Assembly: GCA_002269645.1 (NCBI GenBank)
Contig: NIVC01001789.1
Span: 62,001-126,000 of the forward strand
Direction: 5' to 3'
Length of the DNA: 64,000 nt
Origin: Macrostomum lignano
Taxonomy: Eukaryota
Positions 46,839-60,724 of this stretch are shown here, one piece after another. A program made the translations under genes and the position numbers. The notes below the pieces were generated by a model that worked only from the letters and a program-made list of their open reading frames with translations, did no database searches and was not told the origin of the DNA. Within the stretch, counting starts at the first letter, position 1. Every line of letters starts with the position of its first letter.

Positions 46839-49800
46839 ATGGCAATGCGCTTCGTAGTAATTTTTAGTTGCGACCTGGAAGTAGTTGAAGTACCTTTTGA
46901 ACAAATAAGGCTTCAAGGGCGATTCGCTACGTTTGACAGTCACAATGACTGGATAGGCTTTGCTCAAAGTGATGATCATGAGACGGAGCGGATCCGTTGC
47001 AGCGCCATCTACGGAGACGCCTTCTACGAAGCAACAGTTATATTGGTAAGCAAATGATATTGACTTTTTTATCTTATTTCTATTGTTTGGTCAGCTGCAG
47101 CCTGCGGCTCTTTATAAACTGCGGAACCGGAATGCGGAATAGAATAAATTCCTTAATATAATTGCTTTTCCTGGGCTTTCAAAGCCTGTTACTGCCACAA
47201 CAGACTCTTTAGGCAATAACAATGTTTAAATTGAGTCCACCGTACCGTGTCAAGAAGCAGAAATTTCTACCAGTTTTTCCACTTTGATTGTTATGATTCC
47301 TATGCCCGACTACACTACTGGAAATAGAGCAGTGCACATTTTTCGGAAATTGAAAAGTGCATATAACAAGGGCCACGATGGTATAGCATGTAGCTGAATG
47401 CGGGGAAATATTGCATCGTTTGATGAGGAAGCCATTGGAGCCAAAACAATGTCCGCATCATAAATATTTTACACCATTCCGCAGGTATTCCGTAAAATAT
47501 AAAAACCGTCCGCACTTTATCAAGACCTGCAGCCTGCTACCTTCATCTATATAATGCATACAAATAAAATGGAGTCGGGGACGACTTATACCATACAATT
47601 TAGATTTACACCCAATCCTTACTTCTCAGGTATCGCTTGATGACGGGTATGATCTTACAAGAGTCATACAGTACTGCCGCAGGTGCCGGCTTGAAAAAGA
47701 CTTTCGCCCGAAGCGAATGTTCCTTCAGGTTTCGCCACGCGTTATTTGTCCCGGAGTGAAGAAGCGGCTGCTGCTGAAGCCCGTGCAGGTATGTAAAAGA
47801 TAATTTACCAAACTAAATTATTAAGAAACCAGGTGTCTATCGATCAGAACAGGAGCCAAAAATCACGCCGTCGAAAAAGCTTTTTGACTGTCTTTTTGCA
47901 GTGCAGTAGAAAGAATTCGTTCTTAGAAATACAAATGGAAGTGTGGGAGTGGTCGGAGGGCAGAGTGGAAAGGAATGAGCGGATTATGGGTAAAAACAAC
48001 GGTTGCGGACAGGGAAGGAGAATGATTTTACTCCTATTTTTGTTTGTACGTTTCTAAGAATAAACTCTAAGCTAAGGCCAAGGGCTGCTTTAACGGAGTT
48101 ATCCACAAGCCATCAGGTAAAATATAATTCTGCTAGCTTAGAAAAATGAGTATAATTCGGGCCTTTCCCTTCACTGTTGCGTCGTTATAGTCTAAGCATA
48201 ACGTGAGATAATTTCGGGCTTTGAAATAATCATACACCTGGATAAACTATATAATCCATTCCCATACTATGCGATCTATCTGTGCAGGCACTCCAATCGG
48301 ATCATGGCACGATGGATTCAGAGGCTGATGTCGGTTCCGGGCAGCCAGCAGCATCCGCGAGCCATCCACATGGAGCTTCTGTGGTACCTAAGCCGAGTAT
48401 GGAGGCGGCTCAACTACTACCCATGCAGAACCGAGCTTCACCTTCAGCAGCAGCCGCTTCTCCGTCGGATTTGCATCGTTCGGTGCGGGTAAGCATAGCA
48501 CACCTTGTGTCTCACTACCTGACGATGAAAATGTCATGGCAGACCAATTTTTAGATTTACGCTGTAGTGAAATTATAGGTCAACTTGGGCTGAATTCAAG
48601 TATATATATTATGAGTTAAACGATGAGAAGATATGAAGCGAGAAACTTAACTGCGAGAAAGAACTGTAAAAGGAAATTTTCTATGGTAAATCATGACAAC
48701 TGAGTCGCAAATAAAAAGTACAACAAAATATTTATAACGCTCAGGCGCTTGGCCGTGGGTACGGTATATTTATACTATAGTGAGCGCCTTGACATTGACA
48801 TGTTTAATTCTTGGGAAAGGTTAATCCGGTCCCCTGGTCATCTTTGCACATCATTTTAGTCACTATAGTCTCGACAGCAGCAACTTCAAAGTAATAAATA
48901 AATGAGTGTGCAAGATTAGTAATTGTGATTGATAAATGCTATGCTATGTTCGCATTAAATTTTAAGTACGAATTCGAGACTATGAAAGTATAAGGTGTAT
49001 ATGCTTTATACAAGAAAATGACATAAATGTATTCGCAGATCCGGAGTAATGAGTGTAATGATTTGTCCCCCACCCCTATTCTATTCAGCCAACAGATACC
49101 GCTACGGCTACATCGACACCAGGGCCTCAACATGACCAGAGTTTCACTGCTGCTGCTGCTGCTGCTGCTATCACAGCTGCTAGCTCAAGCACCCAGAGCC
49201 GCAACAGGGAAAGCGTGGGCCTACAACTGGAGAACCAAGCCGCTCGCAGGCTGATGATGGACTTAACAGCCAAGTTCGGTGACTTGGCGAGTCTGAAGGG
49301 TATCTCGCAGCTGATGTTGCTGGTGTTGCGCGGCCAGCAGCTCCAAGAGCAGCGAGACGCAACAATACAACAGCAGCAGCGGGAGATTCTGGCGGCCCTC
49401 AACAGGCAGGGCAACTCGACTGTTGGCGGCACTATCATCGAGCTGCCCGAAGCTGAATGGCAACCAGCTGCTTCGTGGGCGGGCTATCTAAAGCTGGCAT
49501 CAGATAAGGAGGCACAGAAAGTTCTGCGCACGCAACTGGCACGCTGCCGGGGTGACAGTGTTGCGAGCACCATCCGACGGATGCTGCTAAAGTGTATCAC
49601 CCCTGAAATGATGGCCCAGCTAAACTATTGCGGTCGAGGCTTGGCCGAGAGGTCCGGCGGCGCGGGAACAGATGACAGCCTTGGCTTCCAGACAACACTG
49701 CTTCCTCTTCTGAAGCGTAAGTTTACAGAAATCCGAAAGTGTGTAATTGTAAATCTAGAATCAGAATCATTTTGCCTAATTTTATAGTATAGTTTCTTCA

Positions 49801-50132
49801 ATGAAACTGGTTCAGAATGAAACATTTAGACAAATTCAAGTGAATAATGTCTACTTAAAGTAGGGACTATGGAGCATAGAGTAGAATAAATTTGACAGAA
49901 TAAAACCACCAATCCAATTCCAGGAGCCGTTTCCACGATGTACAAAGACGACAAGCCTCATGAGAGGCCATCTGAGCGAGATGTAGAAAAACACGTCATC
50001 TCGGCTCTTAAGCATGCGGGGGACAACCTGCGCAAGAAGGCGAAGAAGCGCCCAAGTGCACCCGAGCAGGGCAGCGGAAAGCGGCACTATCCTGATTCGC
50101 AGGACTTATCTGACGAGTCTCCATCGCCTTAA
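46839..50132 (+). CDS. Five-exon DUF4806-like protein gene (exons 46839-47045, 47630-47788, 48288-48488, 49089-49716, 49924-50132)
   Basis: All GT-AG junctions are phase-compatible (0,0,0,1). C-terminus RCRGDSVASTIRRMLLKCITPEMMAQLNYCGRG..FQTTLLPLLKRAV..ERDVEKHVISALKHAGDNLRKK fits the DUF4806 pattern; N-terminus FVVIF..EVVEVP. Confidence 0.68.
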
Positions 50133-50754
50133 CCATCATATGTGCACAACTATCACCCTCCCGTCAAAACAAAGCCCCCCTGGGAATTCTCCGGAAAATC
50201 CCCCGACAATCGGTGACGCAAAAATCCCCCAATCTCAAAATCTCATTTCTATGCCTCATTTTTAGGTGCATATAGTAAGCTAAGAATTTCCCTTTTGTGG
50301 TTCAGTTGCCCTTCTCACAAAGATGCCCCATTTTACTGTTCCCACCTCCATAATTAGCTGTCTTGAAAATATGTTTATTCTCAGATATAGCCACGCGAAA
50401 GCCGATTGTAAAATGTGTTTATAGGGCGTTAGAAAATGGCATATGCAAATAGCTATTCATCAAGAAGAAAATTCGCAAAAGCCAACTGCATGCCGAAATT
50501 TTTCCACAGCATTTTCTAAATTTTATGGAGGCCATTGAGCCAGAGAGGAAGCTTTATAATTACCATACGCGCCTATGGATTGGAGATTTGAGTTATTAAA
50601 ACGTCAGGTTAGGGTCTCTGCGAATCGATTTTTGCAAGGTTCTTCGCAAGGGACAATTCTCGCATGAGAGAGATTCTCATACAGTGAGTCTCAAAGAAAA
50701 ATTTCTGAAAGCAGTTGTCAATTGGCGCTTCTCACAGCGAGCGATTCTCTGTGG

Positions 50755-51600
50755 GGGTCAAACTAGATGTACTTGGGACGCTAAACTAGGTGTTCTTGGG
50801 GCGATAAATTAGGTGTCCTTGGGACGCTAAACTAGGTGTCCTTGGGGCGATAAATTAGGTGTCCTTGGGACGCTAAACTAGGTGTCCTTGGGGCGATAAA
50901 TTAGGTGTCCTTGGGACGCTAAACTAGATGTCCTTGAGGCGCTAAATTAGGTGTCCTTGGGGCGATAAATTAGGTGTCCTTAGGGGGTCAAACTAGATGT
51001 TTTGGGGCGATAAATTAGGTGTCCTTGGGGTGATAAATTAGGTGTCCTTGGGACGCTAAACTAGATGTCCTTGGGGCGCTAAATTAGGTGTCCTTGGGGC
51101 GATAAATTAGGTGTCCTTAGGGGTCAAACTAGATGTTCTTGGGACGCTAAACTAGGTGTTCTTGGGGCGATAAATTAGGTGTCCTTGGGACGCTAAACTA
51201 GGTGTCCTTGGGGCGATAAATTAGGTGTCCTTGGGACGCTAAACTAGGTGTCCTTGGGGCGATAAATTAGGTGTCCTTGGGACGCTAAACTAGATGTCCT
51301 TGGGGCGCTAAATTAGGTGTCCTTGGGGCGATAAATTAGGTGTCCTTGGGACGCTAAACTAGATGTCCTTGAGGCGCTAAATTAGGTGTCCTTGGGGCGT
51401 TAAACTAGATGTCCTTGGGGCACTAAATTAGGTGTCCTTGGGGCGATAAATTAGGTGTCCTTGGGACGCTAAACTAGATGTACTTGGGGCGATAAATTAG
51501 GTGTCCTTAGGGGATCAAACTAGATGTCCTTGGGGCGCTAAATTAGGTGTCCTTGGGGCGATAAACTAGATGTACTTGGGGCGCTAAATTAGGTGTCCTT
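50755..51600. repeat. 23-bp minisatellite with alternating variants
   Basis: TTGGGGCGATAAATTAGGTGTCC / TTGGGACGCTAAACTAGGTGTCC. Confidence 0.95.
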
Positions 51601-53103
51601 ATATGTTAAATGATACAGCTGATCTTTTACTCTAAACCCCAAACGTTTAAAAAATAATGAGTTTTTTGACCCCATAAATCGACTATTATTGCAGCTTCTG
51701 TACATAACAGTGTTATTACTTTATGTGCATAGAAAGCCCATTGAATTAGTCATTTGGCCGTATGAATAAAGTGAGCAATAACTGGCAAGTTTCACCTCAA
51801 ACTCTGAGTTGAGCAAGAGCTCGAACTCGAGTACTGCTCTGATCTGGAGTAGTTGCTCAATGTTCATAATCAGAAAATTAGTTAGCTAATGCACGCCATA
51901 TTTCTATTGATGACTGCTTATTTGTCTGTGGGGTACAATGGACCCTATAGGCCATTTATACCTTATTGTACTTTATTGTACTTAATATTGTGAACGATTG
52001 CTTTCTTGTACGCTTCGTGTATGCTTAATAAACAACAGTTTGATATTATTGTACTTTTTTGAAGTATGTCTATGGGTGAATTTTTTCTTCTCTAGCAGGA
52101 ACTGAATAATCAGGTAATTCTATAAATATAATGCTAAAAAGCATTTCCCATAGCAACATAATGTTTATTTGTTGAAAAGGACTGCATCTATATTTCGTTT
52201 CTTTTTTATTCCGAAAAAAAAAAAAATTCGTGGGATATATCATGGTCCATCTACACTACTACACGATACAAGTAGTATCGTACGCATATAAGAGTCGCTA
52301 ATGGGTCTTCCGACCGCCGTCGCAGCGACCGTTGTGGCGACGGAAACTCGGCGTTCACTCGAACGGAGTTTCCGCCGTCGTAAACGCAACAAACAGAAGC
52401 CGTCGCGGCGACCATTTTTTTCCCACCGGGAATCAAGTTATTTAAAGTCTTGTGCATTGGTCCATCTATTAAATTCCAGCCATTTGTTGTCCGGTATCCT
52501 TTTTGTTAATTGTTAACTGGCATTTCTAAGGCTGACAGAATATTATTTTTGATTCTAAATGGCTCAGCAGTACAAAAGTATACTTACACTACTGTAAAAA
52601 TATAGCTGCTGTAAAACTACAGCAAAATACCACAGTAGGGCGACAAGAATGGCCCGCACAAACTAAAAGTCGAGCCTAAAGTATTCTACACTGATCATTG
52701 TGACACATCTATTGGACAAAAATTATCTCCATACATACTTCTGATGAGTCAGAATCAACATTTGAAGATCGGCCTCTAAAAGTTTTTCTGCGAATCGCGA
52801 CTGTATCGTCCTGGTGTACTGCTAATCTTTGTTTAAAGGTGTCATTTATTCACTCAAATTTTGGATGCGATAATAGCAAAAACATTATGTGGCATCTTTG
52901 AGGAATAACAGCATGTTTAACTCTAGACCAACACATGTTTTTGTTTTTTTCACGAAGACATGTTTAAGTACTTTTTAATTGACGGTTCTTTAAAATTAGA
53001 AAGGACCGGTAGCGGAAGTACCGGAAGTTACTTTTTTTAAAAGTACCGGTACCGGAACAAGTGCCGGAAGTTACTTTCCTTGGAACGGGAAGTTACTTTT
53101 TCA

Positions 53104-53123
53104 GAGTAACTTGCCCAACACTG
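53104..53123. mobile_element. Right TIR of a CAGTGTTGGG-type (hAT-like) MITE
   Basis: GAGTAACTTGCCCAACACTG is the exact reverse complement of 63735-63754; GTAAC/GTTAC-rich subterminal region. Confidence 0.55.
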
Positions 53124-53625
53124 ATTACTGGCCATAAACCTGGCCTTAACCGCTCGGTTAATTATTACACCATTTTACCCTCGATTTTGAACAAGGAGAA
53201 CTTCGAAACTGACAAACTCCTCTTTAATATTGACACTCTATGGTCGGGCACTCAAAATCTACAATCAATATTGACAGATCAAGCTTCAATTTTGACAAAC
53301 TCTGGTTCAATTTTGACAATGCACGTTTAGTCAACTTCTCCTGGGAGAATTCGGTAACAAAGTAATCCAATGAAAGCCTGAACGGGGCTGAAGTGAGCTG
53401 TGCAAAATCAGCTTATTCTGACTTTGCTTTTTGGATCTACAAGTATTGATAAAATTTATTTTTCTCCATCCTTTACACACAGACTAAAATAGCTTGACTG
53501 GTTGGGCTGCAAAGTCCGATTCTATTTTGACAGAGTTGCTTCAAAACTGACACTCTATGGTTTGTGTACCCAAAAAGTCCGCTTCATTTTTGACAACTCC
53601 TGATCAATATTGAACAGTTTACAAT

Positions 53626-53796
53626 CGATTTTGACTAAGACATTTTAAAAAATAGATTTTGACCATTTTTATTAAGATTTCTCTCTTAAGGGGGGTACTT
53701 GCTATTTGGGAGAGGGTACTGGCTGCATGTATCTACGAGTACATGTATGGGAATCTTTCTATCCAGGGATTTTTTAAAATGTCTTAGTCAAAATCG
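53626..53796. mobile_element. Small foldback element with perfect 28-bp inverted arms
   Basis: CGATTTTGACTAAGACATTTTAAAAAAT (53626-53) and its exact reverse complement (53769-96). Confidence 0.7.
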
Positions 53797-54109
53797 CTAA
53801 ATACATTAGTGACGCATCTACTGTATGTAGGTAATATAGAATATGTGGTTGTGCGTTTGAAACCTCACCTTTTAAGTTTCAAGGCTAACTTAAACCGCTA
53901 CCCAACAACAACCTCGTCAGTGGCTCGATAACTCCCAACAATATGCACAGTGACACACTGCACATGCACACTATAGTGAATATATAATCAAACAAATGGC
54001 AATGTGGACAGTTGTGGGTTGGGCACACTCGCAAAATCTACTTTGTAAGTACAAATGCCAATTCAAGTGACAGAATGCCAATCGTCAGAACTTTGTTGCA
54101 TTTTGTGCA

Positions 54110-55431
54110 TTAAACTTTGCAGCGGAAAATTGGTACAATCGAGGAGATTCGAATGGAATTACTAAAATTATTTTCGCGATAACTCAAATGCATAAACTTG
54201 TGCACTGTGTAAGAAGTATTTGGAATCTGCTTCAGCTCAAGTTTTGATATCGTTAATGGGCTGCAAAACTGCTTCTGCAGTTTGGAAAGTTTTTCAGGCT
54301 TCGCGCAGGCGGTTTTCAATCTTTTTGGCACGTAGGCCACGTCATTCAAAGGATGGAACGCCCCAGGCTCTGCCAGCATGTTGCCGCACCAGTCGGCAGG
54401 TCGGTCACTCTGCTTCAGTGCCGTGTACTTCTTATAGAATTTCTGTAGCATTACGGGTCCCGTGACGTGCACTGCGTCAATGCTTTTTCTACCCCTCTTC
54501 TTGGCCCAATTCTGCTGGAACCACGGCGGCCAGTTTGTTAGCACGAAGCTCAGGAAGCTGTGATTCGCTCGGCTCATCATCACCGCATTCGAAATCAGTG
54601 CCGGAAGGTCGAACGGGAAAGCGGCGTGCTCTATTGGCTCCTGACTCCACACGGCTGACTCACAGTCGAAGTTCGGAGTCAGCCCCGCTTCCTGAAGCTG
54701 CGACGGTCTCAGCAGCGGTGTCGGATCTCGAAGCAGCTCCACATCCGTGTCGACGTACAGACCGCCGACGTGGTGCAGCACGACCAGACGGCCGATGTCT
54801 GATCGCTCCAGCCCGTTGACCAGCTTGCGGTAGCTTTGAACAAGGTACGGATAGTGCTTAGAGATGAGCTCGGAGATCTGCTTGTCGTCCCAGTGCATGA
54901 AGTGCCAGCGATCTGTTGAAAAGCTGTCTACGTCCTTGTTACTTCCGTTAGTGATGCTGCCATTGCTGGTGCCGAAGTCTTGCAGATTATTTGACTTGAG
55001 CAGAGCCAGTTGGTCACCTAAGTGTTTATTATAAAATGTTAATAGTCTGTAAAGTTCACTGCCTAAACGGATAGAATACTCGTAAGCTAGTGTTGTAAGA
55101 GCAAATTTGGTGACAAAAGTCACGGACAGAGCCAGACCTGCAGAGAAGTTCCTGCTGTTATTGATTCTGACATTCAGCAGTAGCCTCCAGGATCGCACAA
55201 TGGGAACCAGCTTTGCTGGCACTCGTCCAGACTTGCTGGTCCAGTGCACCAGCGGCGGGATGGAGTCTGGAAACAATTCCTGAGTACTGATTATGTCGCT
55301 ACAATTCCCAAGGCTGTCCAGGTCCACATCGTACTCGTATGTGACAGTCTCCCAGGTGGTGCTAGTGAAACCAAGAAACAGGTACAGCGCGGAAGCAGAA
55401 ACCAGAAAGGAGAACACGGCGCGTTTGGCAG
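54110..55431 (-). CDS. GT32 glycosyltransferase paralogue 3, exon 2
   Basis: Same motifs; acceptor AAATTTCAG| at 55432, phase 1; no Met before the TM segment. Confidence 0.9.
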
Positions 55432-55719
55432 CTGAAATTTGTTTTTAAGTAGCAAGAATCGTACGTTTTTCAATGATTTACAAAGGTGTAATAAATATAA
55501 AGAAAGCGACTAATTAAAAATAGTTAAGTTTCACTAATGTCTCAATAGGATCTGTCTTAATCTAATTAATTAATTAATAATTAATTAATAAATTAATGCG
55601 AGAGAGGAATGTCTTAATGAGCTTTCCTCTCTTTACTCCCTCTTCGGTGTCTCGATAGGGCCACCGATAACCCCAATCCAAAAGTCTCTTGGTGCGGCAT
55701 TGGCACTGTCTCTCGCTGG

Positions 55720-55915
55720 GACCCAGTAACCCTGTCTCTGCTGGGATCCAGTAACCCTGTCTCTGCTGGGACCCGGTAACCCTGTCTATGCTGGGACCCG
55801 GTAACCCTGTCTCTGCTGGGACCCGGTAACCCTGTCTATGCTGGGATCCAGTAACCCTGTCTCTCGCTGGGACCCAGTAACCCTGTCTCTCGCTGGGACC
55901 TGATAACCCTATCTA
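55720..55915. repeat. ~25-bp minisatellite (GCTGGGACCCAGTAACCCTGTCTCT)
   Basis: Direct inspection; lies in the GT32-3 intron. Confidence 0.9.
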
Positions 55916-56074
55916 TCGATGATGCACTCATTCTGCATATTCAGAAGTAGGCACTGTAAGCTAAAAAAATTCATTTGGTGATTTAGCTGTCACAAGAGTT
56001 CATCAACCGGTTGGTGATCAAAGTGCCGCGCAGGGTCCGGCGCCACCAGGGGGGCAAGCTGAGGGCATGGCGAC

Positions 56075-57045
56075 CACTCAGATGAAATGGCACCCACTCA
56101 GATGAAATGGCACTCACTCAGATGAAATGGCACCCACTCAGATGAAATGGCACTCACTCAGATGAAATGGCACCCACTCAGATGAAATGGCACTCACTCA
56201 GATGAAATGGCACCCACTCAGATGAAATGGCACTCACTCAGATGAAATGGCACCCACTCAGATGAAATGGCACCCACTCAGATGAAATGGCACTCACTCA
56301 GATGAAATGGCACCCACTCAGATGAAATGGCATCCCAGTCAGATGAAATGGCACCCACTCTGGTACCCCAGTCAGATAAAATGGCACCTACTCAGATAAA
56401 ATGGCACCCACTCAGATAAAATGGCACCCACTCAGATGAAATGGCGCCCACTCAGATGAAATGGCACCCACTCAGATGAAATGGCACCCACTCAGATGAA
56501 ATGGCACCCCAGTCAGATGAAATGGCACCCCAGTCAGATGAAATGGCACCCACTCAGATAAAATGGCGCCCACTCAGATGAAATGGCAACCCAGTCAGAT
56601 GAAATGGCACCCACTCAGATAAAATGGCACCCACTCAGATGAAATGGCACCCACTCAGATGAAATGGCACCCCAGTCAGATGAAATGGCACCCCAGTCAG
56701 ATGAAATGGCACCCACTCAGATAAAATGGCGCCCACTCAGATGAAATGGCAACCCAGTCAGATGAAATGGCACCCACTCAGATAAAATGGCACCCACTCA
56801 GATGAAATGGCAACCCAGTCAGATGAAATGGCACCCACTCAGATAAAATGGCGCCCACTCAGATGAAATGGCAACCCAGTCAGATGAAATGGCACCCACT
56901 CAGATAAAATGGCGCCCACTCAGATGAAATGGCAACCCAGTCAGATGAAATGGCACCCACTCAGATAAAATGGCACCCACTCAGATGAAATGGCAACCCA
57001 GTCAGATGAAATGGCACCCACTCAGATGAAATGGCACCCACTCAG
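56075..57045. repeat. 20-bp minisatellite (ACTCAGATGAAATGGCACCC)
   Basis: Direct inspection; lies in the GT32-3 intron. Confidence 0.96.
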
Positions 57046-57111
57046 AAGTAGAGAAAGGTATCAAGCAAAAAGCATGTTTATAATCGTTTTATAATGCGAG
57101 TCAATACCTAC

Positions 57112-57166
57112 CTGTCGTACGATGCCTCCATACTAGCATTCGTTGAAGTCTGAGCCACATCGACAT
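57112..57166 (-). CDS. GT32 paralogue 3, exon 1 (MSMWLRLQRMLVWRHRTT)
   Basis: Donor CAG|GTAGGT, phase 1; gives a basic cytosolic tail in front of AAKRAVFSFLV. Confidence 0.62.
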
Positions 57167-58039
57167 TGCCAATGCACCGATCAGATAGATACAGAGAAAG
57201 ATAAACAGGAGCTAATGACAGTCTCAGACTTAAAGTTACATATGAGTGCAGTTCTAGAGACGAACCGTAGTTCCGAACAAAATATAACGCTGTCGTATTT
57301 CTATAGCCTATAGGGCTATATCTATGCAAAATCTAGAATTACAAATGAAATAAGTCTTCTGCTCTTAGCCCAGCTCTCTGATTCTGCACTGGCTGTACAC
57401 GCATTTGTACGCAGCGAGAAAGGGCTTTAGGCGTGCTATTCCAATTGGCTCTGATCCCCTATAGTCAAAGAGATGGAACAGGCTATGCGGGTGGGGGACG
57501 GAAAAATTCCTAGACAAATTTTGAGGCAGCCCAGCCCCTCAGTGGAATCTACAGTGGGGAGTGGGTCGTCCCTCCTCCACACTGTACATTCGTCGATGTA
57601 CATTTGCGCTCCCTAACTTGAGGCCCCCCAGAAAACCTTTCCACGAAGCTTAGCTTAGCCCACGCTCCGCCAACCCCCCCCACGAGCCCACATCCTATCT
57701 TACGCTTTCACTATACAAGCAAAGGGACGCTATGCATTGAAGAGTAAAATTATTTATCATCATTGGACGATCGAGGTGGAAGTTGGAACAAATGAAATCT
57801 TAATCAGGAGACTTATAGACACAGGAATCCCAGGCTACAGGGACAGGGAGTGACGCTAAGAGACCAGGCATGGTCATCAGGAGTGCAAAAGAGATCGCCC
57901 TATATCATTACAGCTTATCCTGCCTCCCTGCATCTCTCTACCTCCCTACATCCCTCCCTACCATCCTACACTTATCCGACTATCCCCACCTCCCTACATA
58001 TCTCGCAGCCTCCCGAGCCCCATCGGCTAGCAAAAAAAC

Positions 58040-60062
58040 ATGGCGCTCCCTCAACTGAAATGGCATTCCCTCAACTAAAGTTGAACTCCCTCAACTGAAA
58101 TGCCATTCCTTCAACTAAAATAGCGCTCTTTCAACTAAAATGACGCCTCTCAACTGAAATGGCACTCCCTCAACTAAAATGACGCTCCCTCAACTGAAAT
58201 GGCACTACTTCAACTAAAATATCGCTCTATCAACTAAAATGACGCTCCTTCAACTGAAAAAGCACTCCCTTAACTGAAATGGCACTCGGTCAATTAAAAT
58301 GGCTCTCCCTCAACTATAATGGCGCTCCCTCAACTGAAATGGCACTCCGTCAACTAAAATGACGCTCCCTCAACTGAAATGGCACTACTTCAACTAAAAT
58401 ATCGCTCTCTCAACTAAAATGACGCTCCTTCAACTGAAAAAGCACTCCCTTAACTGAAATGGCACTCGGTCAATTAAAATGGCACTCCCTCAACTATAAT
58501 GGCGCTCCCTCAACTGAAATGGCACTCCCTCAACTAAAATGACGCTCCCTCAACTGAAATGGCACTACTTCAACTAAAATATCGCTCTCTCAACTAAAAT
58601 GACGCCCCTCAACTGAAATGGCACTCCCTTAACTGAAATGGCACTCGGTCAATTAAAATGGCACTCCCTTAACTGAAATGGCACTCGGTCAATTAAAATG
58701 GCACTCCCTCAACTATAATGGCGCTCCCTCAACTGAAATGGCACTACTTCAACTAAAATATCGCTCTCTCAACTAAAATGACGCTCCCTCAACTGAAAAA
58801 GCACTCCCTTAACTGAAATGGCACTCGGTCAATTAAAATGGCACTCCCTCAACTAAAATGACGCTCCCTCAACTGAAATGGCACTACTTCAACTAAAATA
58901 TCGCTCTCTTAACTAAAATGACGCTCCCTCAACTGAAATGGCACTCCCTCAATTAAAATGGCACTCCCTCAACTATAATGGCGCTCCCTCAACTGAAATG
59001 GCACTCCCTCAACTAAAATGACGCTCCCTCAACTGAAATTGCACTACTTCAACTAAAATGGCGCTCCTTGAACTGAAATGGCACTACTTCAACTAAAATA
59101 TCACTCTCTTAACTAAAATGACGCTCCCTCAACTGAAATGGCACTCCCTCAATTAAAATGGCACTCCCTCAACTATAATGGCGCTCCCTCAACTGAAATG
59201 GCACTCCCTCAACTAAAATGACGCTCCCTCAACTGAAATGGCACTACTTCAACTAAAATATCGCTCTCTTAACTAAAATGACGCCCCTCAACTGAAAAAG
59301 CACTCCCTCAACTGAAATGGCACTCCCTCAATTAAAATGGCACTCCCTCAACTATAATTGCGCTCCCTCAATTAAAATATCGCTCTCTCAACTAAAATGA
59401 CGCTCCCTCAACTGAAAAATCACTCCCTCAACTGAAATGGCACTCGGTCAATTAAAATGGCACTCCCTCAACTATAATGGCGCTCCTTCAACTGAAATGG
59501 CACTCCTTCAATTAAAATGGCACTCCCTCAACTATAATGGCGCTCCTTCAACTGAAATGGCACTCCTTCAATTAAAATGGCACTCCCTCAACTATAATGG
59601 CGCTCTCTCAACTGAAATGGTACTACCTTAACTAAAATGACACTCAACCTAACTAAAATGGCGCTCCCTCAACTGAAATGGCACTCCCTCAACTAAAATG
59701 ACGCTCCCTCAACTGAAATGGCACTACTTCAACTAAAATATCGCTCTTTCAACTAAAATATCGCTCTCTCAACTGAAAAAGCACTCCCTCAATTAAAATG
59801 GCACTCCCTCAACTATAATGGCGCTCCTTCAACTGAAAAAGCACTCCCTTAATTAAAATGGCACTCCCTCAACTATAATGGCACTCCCTCAACTGAAATG
59901 GCTCTCCCTCAATTAATTGCACTCCCTCAACTATAATGGCACTCCCTCAACTGAAATGGCACTCCCTTAACTGAAATGGCACTCCCTCAACTGAAATGGC
60001 ACTACCTTAACTAAAATGACACTCAACCTAACTAAACTGGCGCTCTCTCAACTGAAATGGCA
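58040..60062. repeat. 20-bp satellite (TCAACTGAAATGGCACTCCC) with higher-order variant blocks
   Basis: Direct inspection. Confidence 0.96.
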
Positions 60063-60724
60063 CTTATTTAAATGAAATTCCGCCAAGGTTCGCCATAGCT
60101 CGTACCGCTAATGAAAACAAAGTAAAAGAAATTGGATAGCAACTAAGACCGACAAAATTACGCTTCCGTATTAAATTATATGGGAATTTTTCTGAATACT
60201 CGTAGCTTAACTTAAAATAAAGTGAGAAACTTCATATCTACTCAGAAAAAAATTGTATGGTCGCTGTGTACGCAAAATGCATTACAAAGATCGGGATGTC
60301 TTGATTTTCGACAAACAATTATAGCAATAGTTTTCCATTGTAAAAAGCAGCTCAGATATTCAAGTGCTAAGCCAGATTTGAAAACTCGTTAAAAAATTGC
60401 TTCGTCACGTGCTATTACTGGCAGTAGTAGTAAAGTACAGTCTTCTTTTTGCGAGCAAAATTATGATTAAGAATTTCGATTGTACAGTACAATTGTCCTA
60501 CATGTACAATTAGCTTTTGTAAAATTTAAAATCCATTTAATCAACAAAATAATATTAGAAAGTATTGCTCTTAGCTTCCGAACAATTACAATTAATTCTA
60601 ATAAAAAAAGCTATAAAATGTATACACTTCTATTGATCCTTCAACTGTCATAATTTGCTCACATGTATACTTAGTATCCCGTTAGCACCAACCTTGATAA
60701 TAACGCTTCTGTGTCTCTTAGTGA

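Noticed and set aside
50755-51600. Telomeric repeat (TTAGG within unit)
   Set aside because: A single TTAGG inside a 23-bp unit, not a tandem telomere motif.
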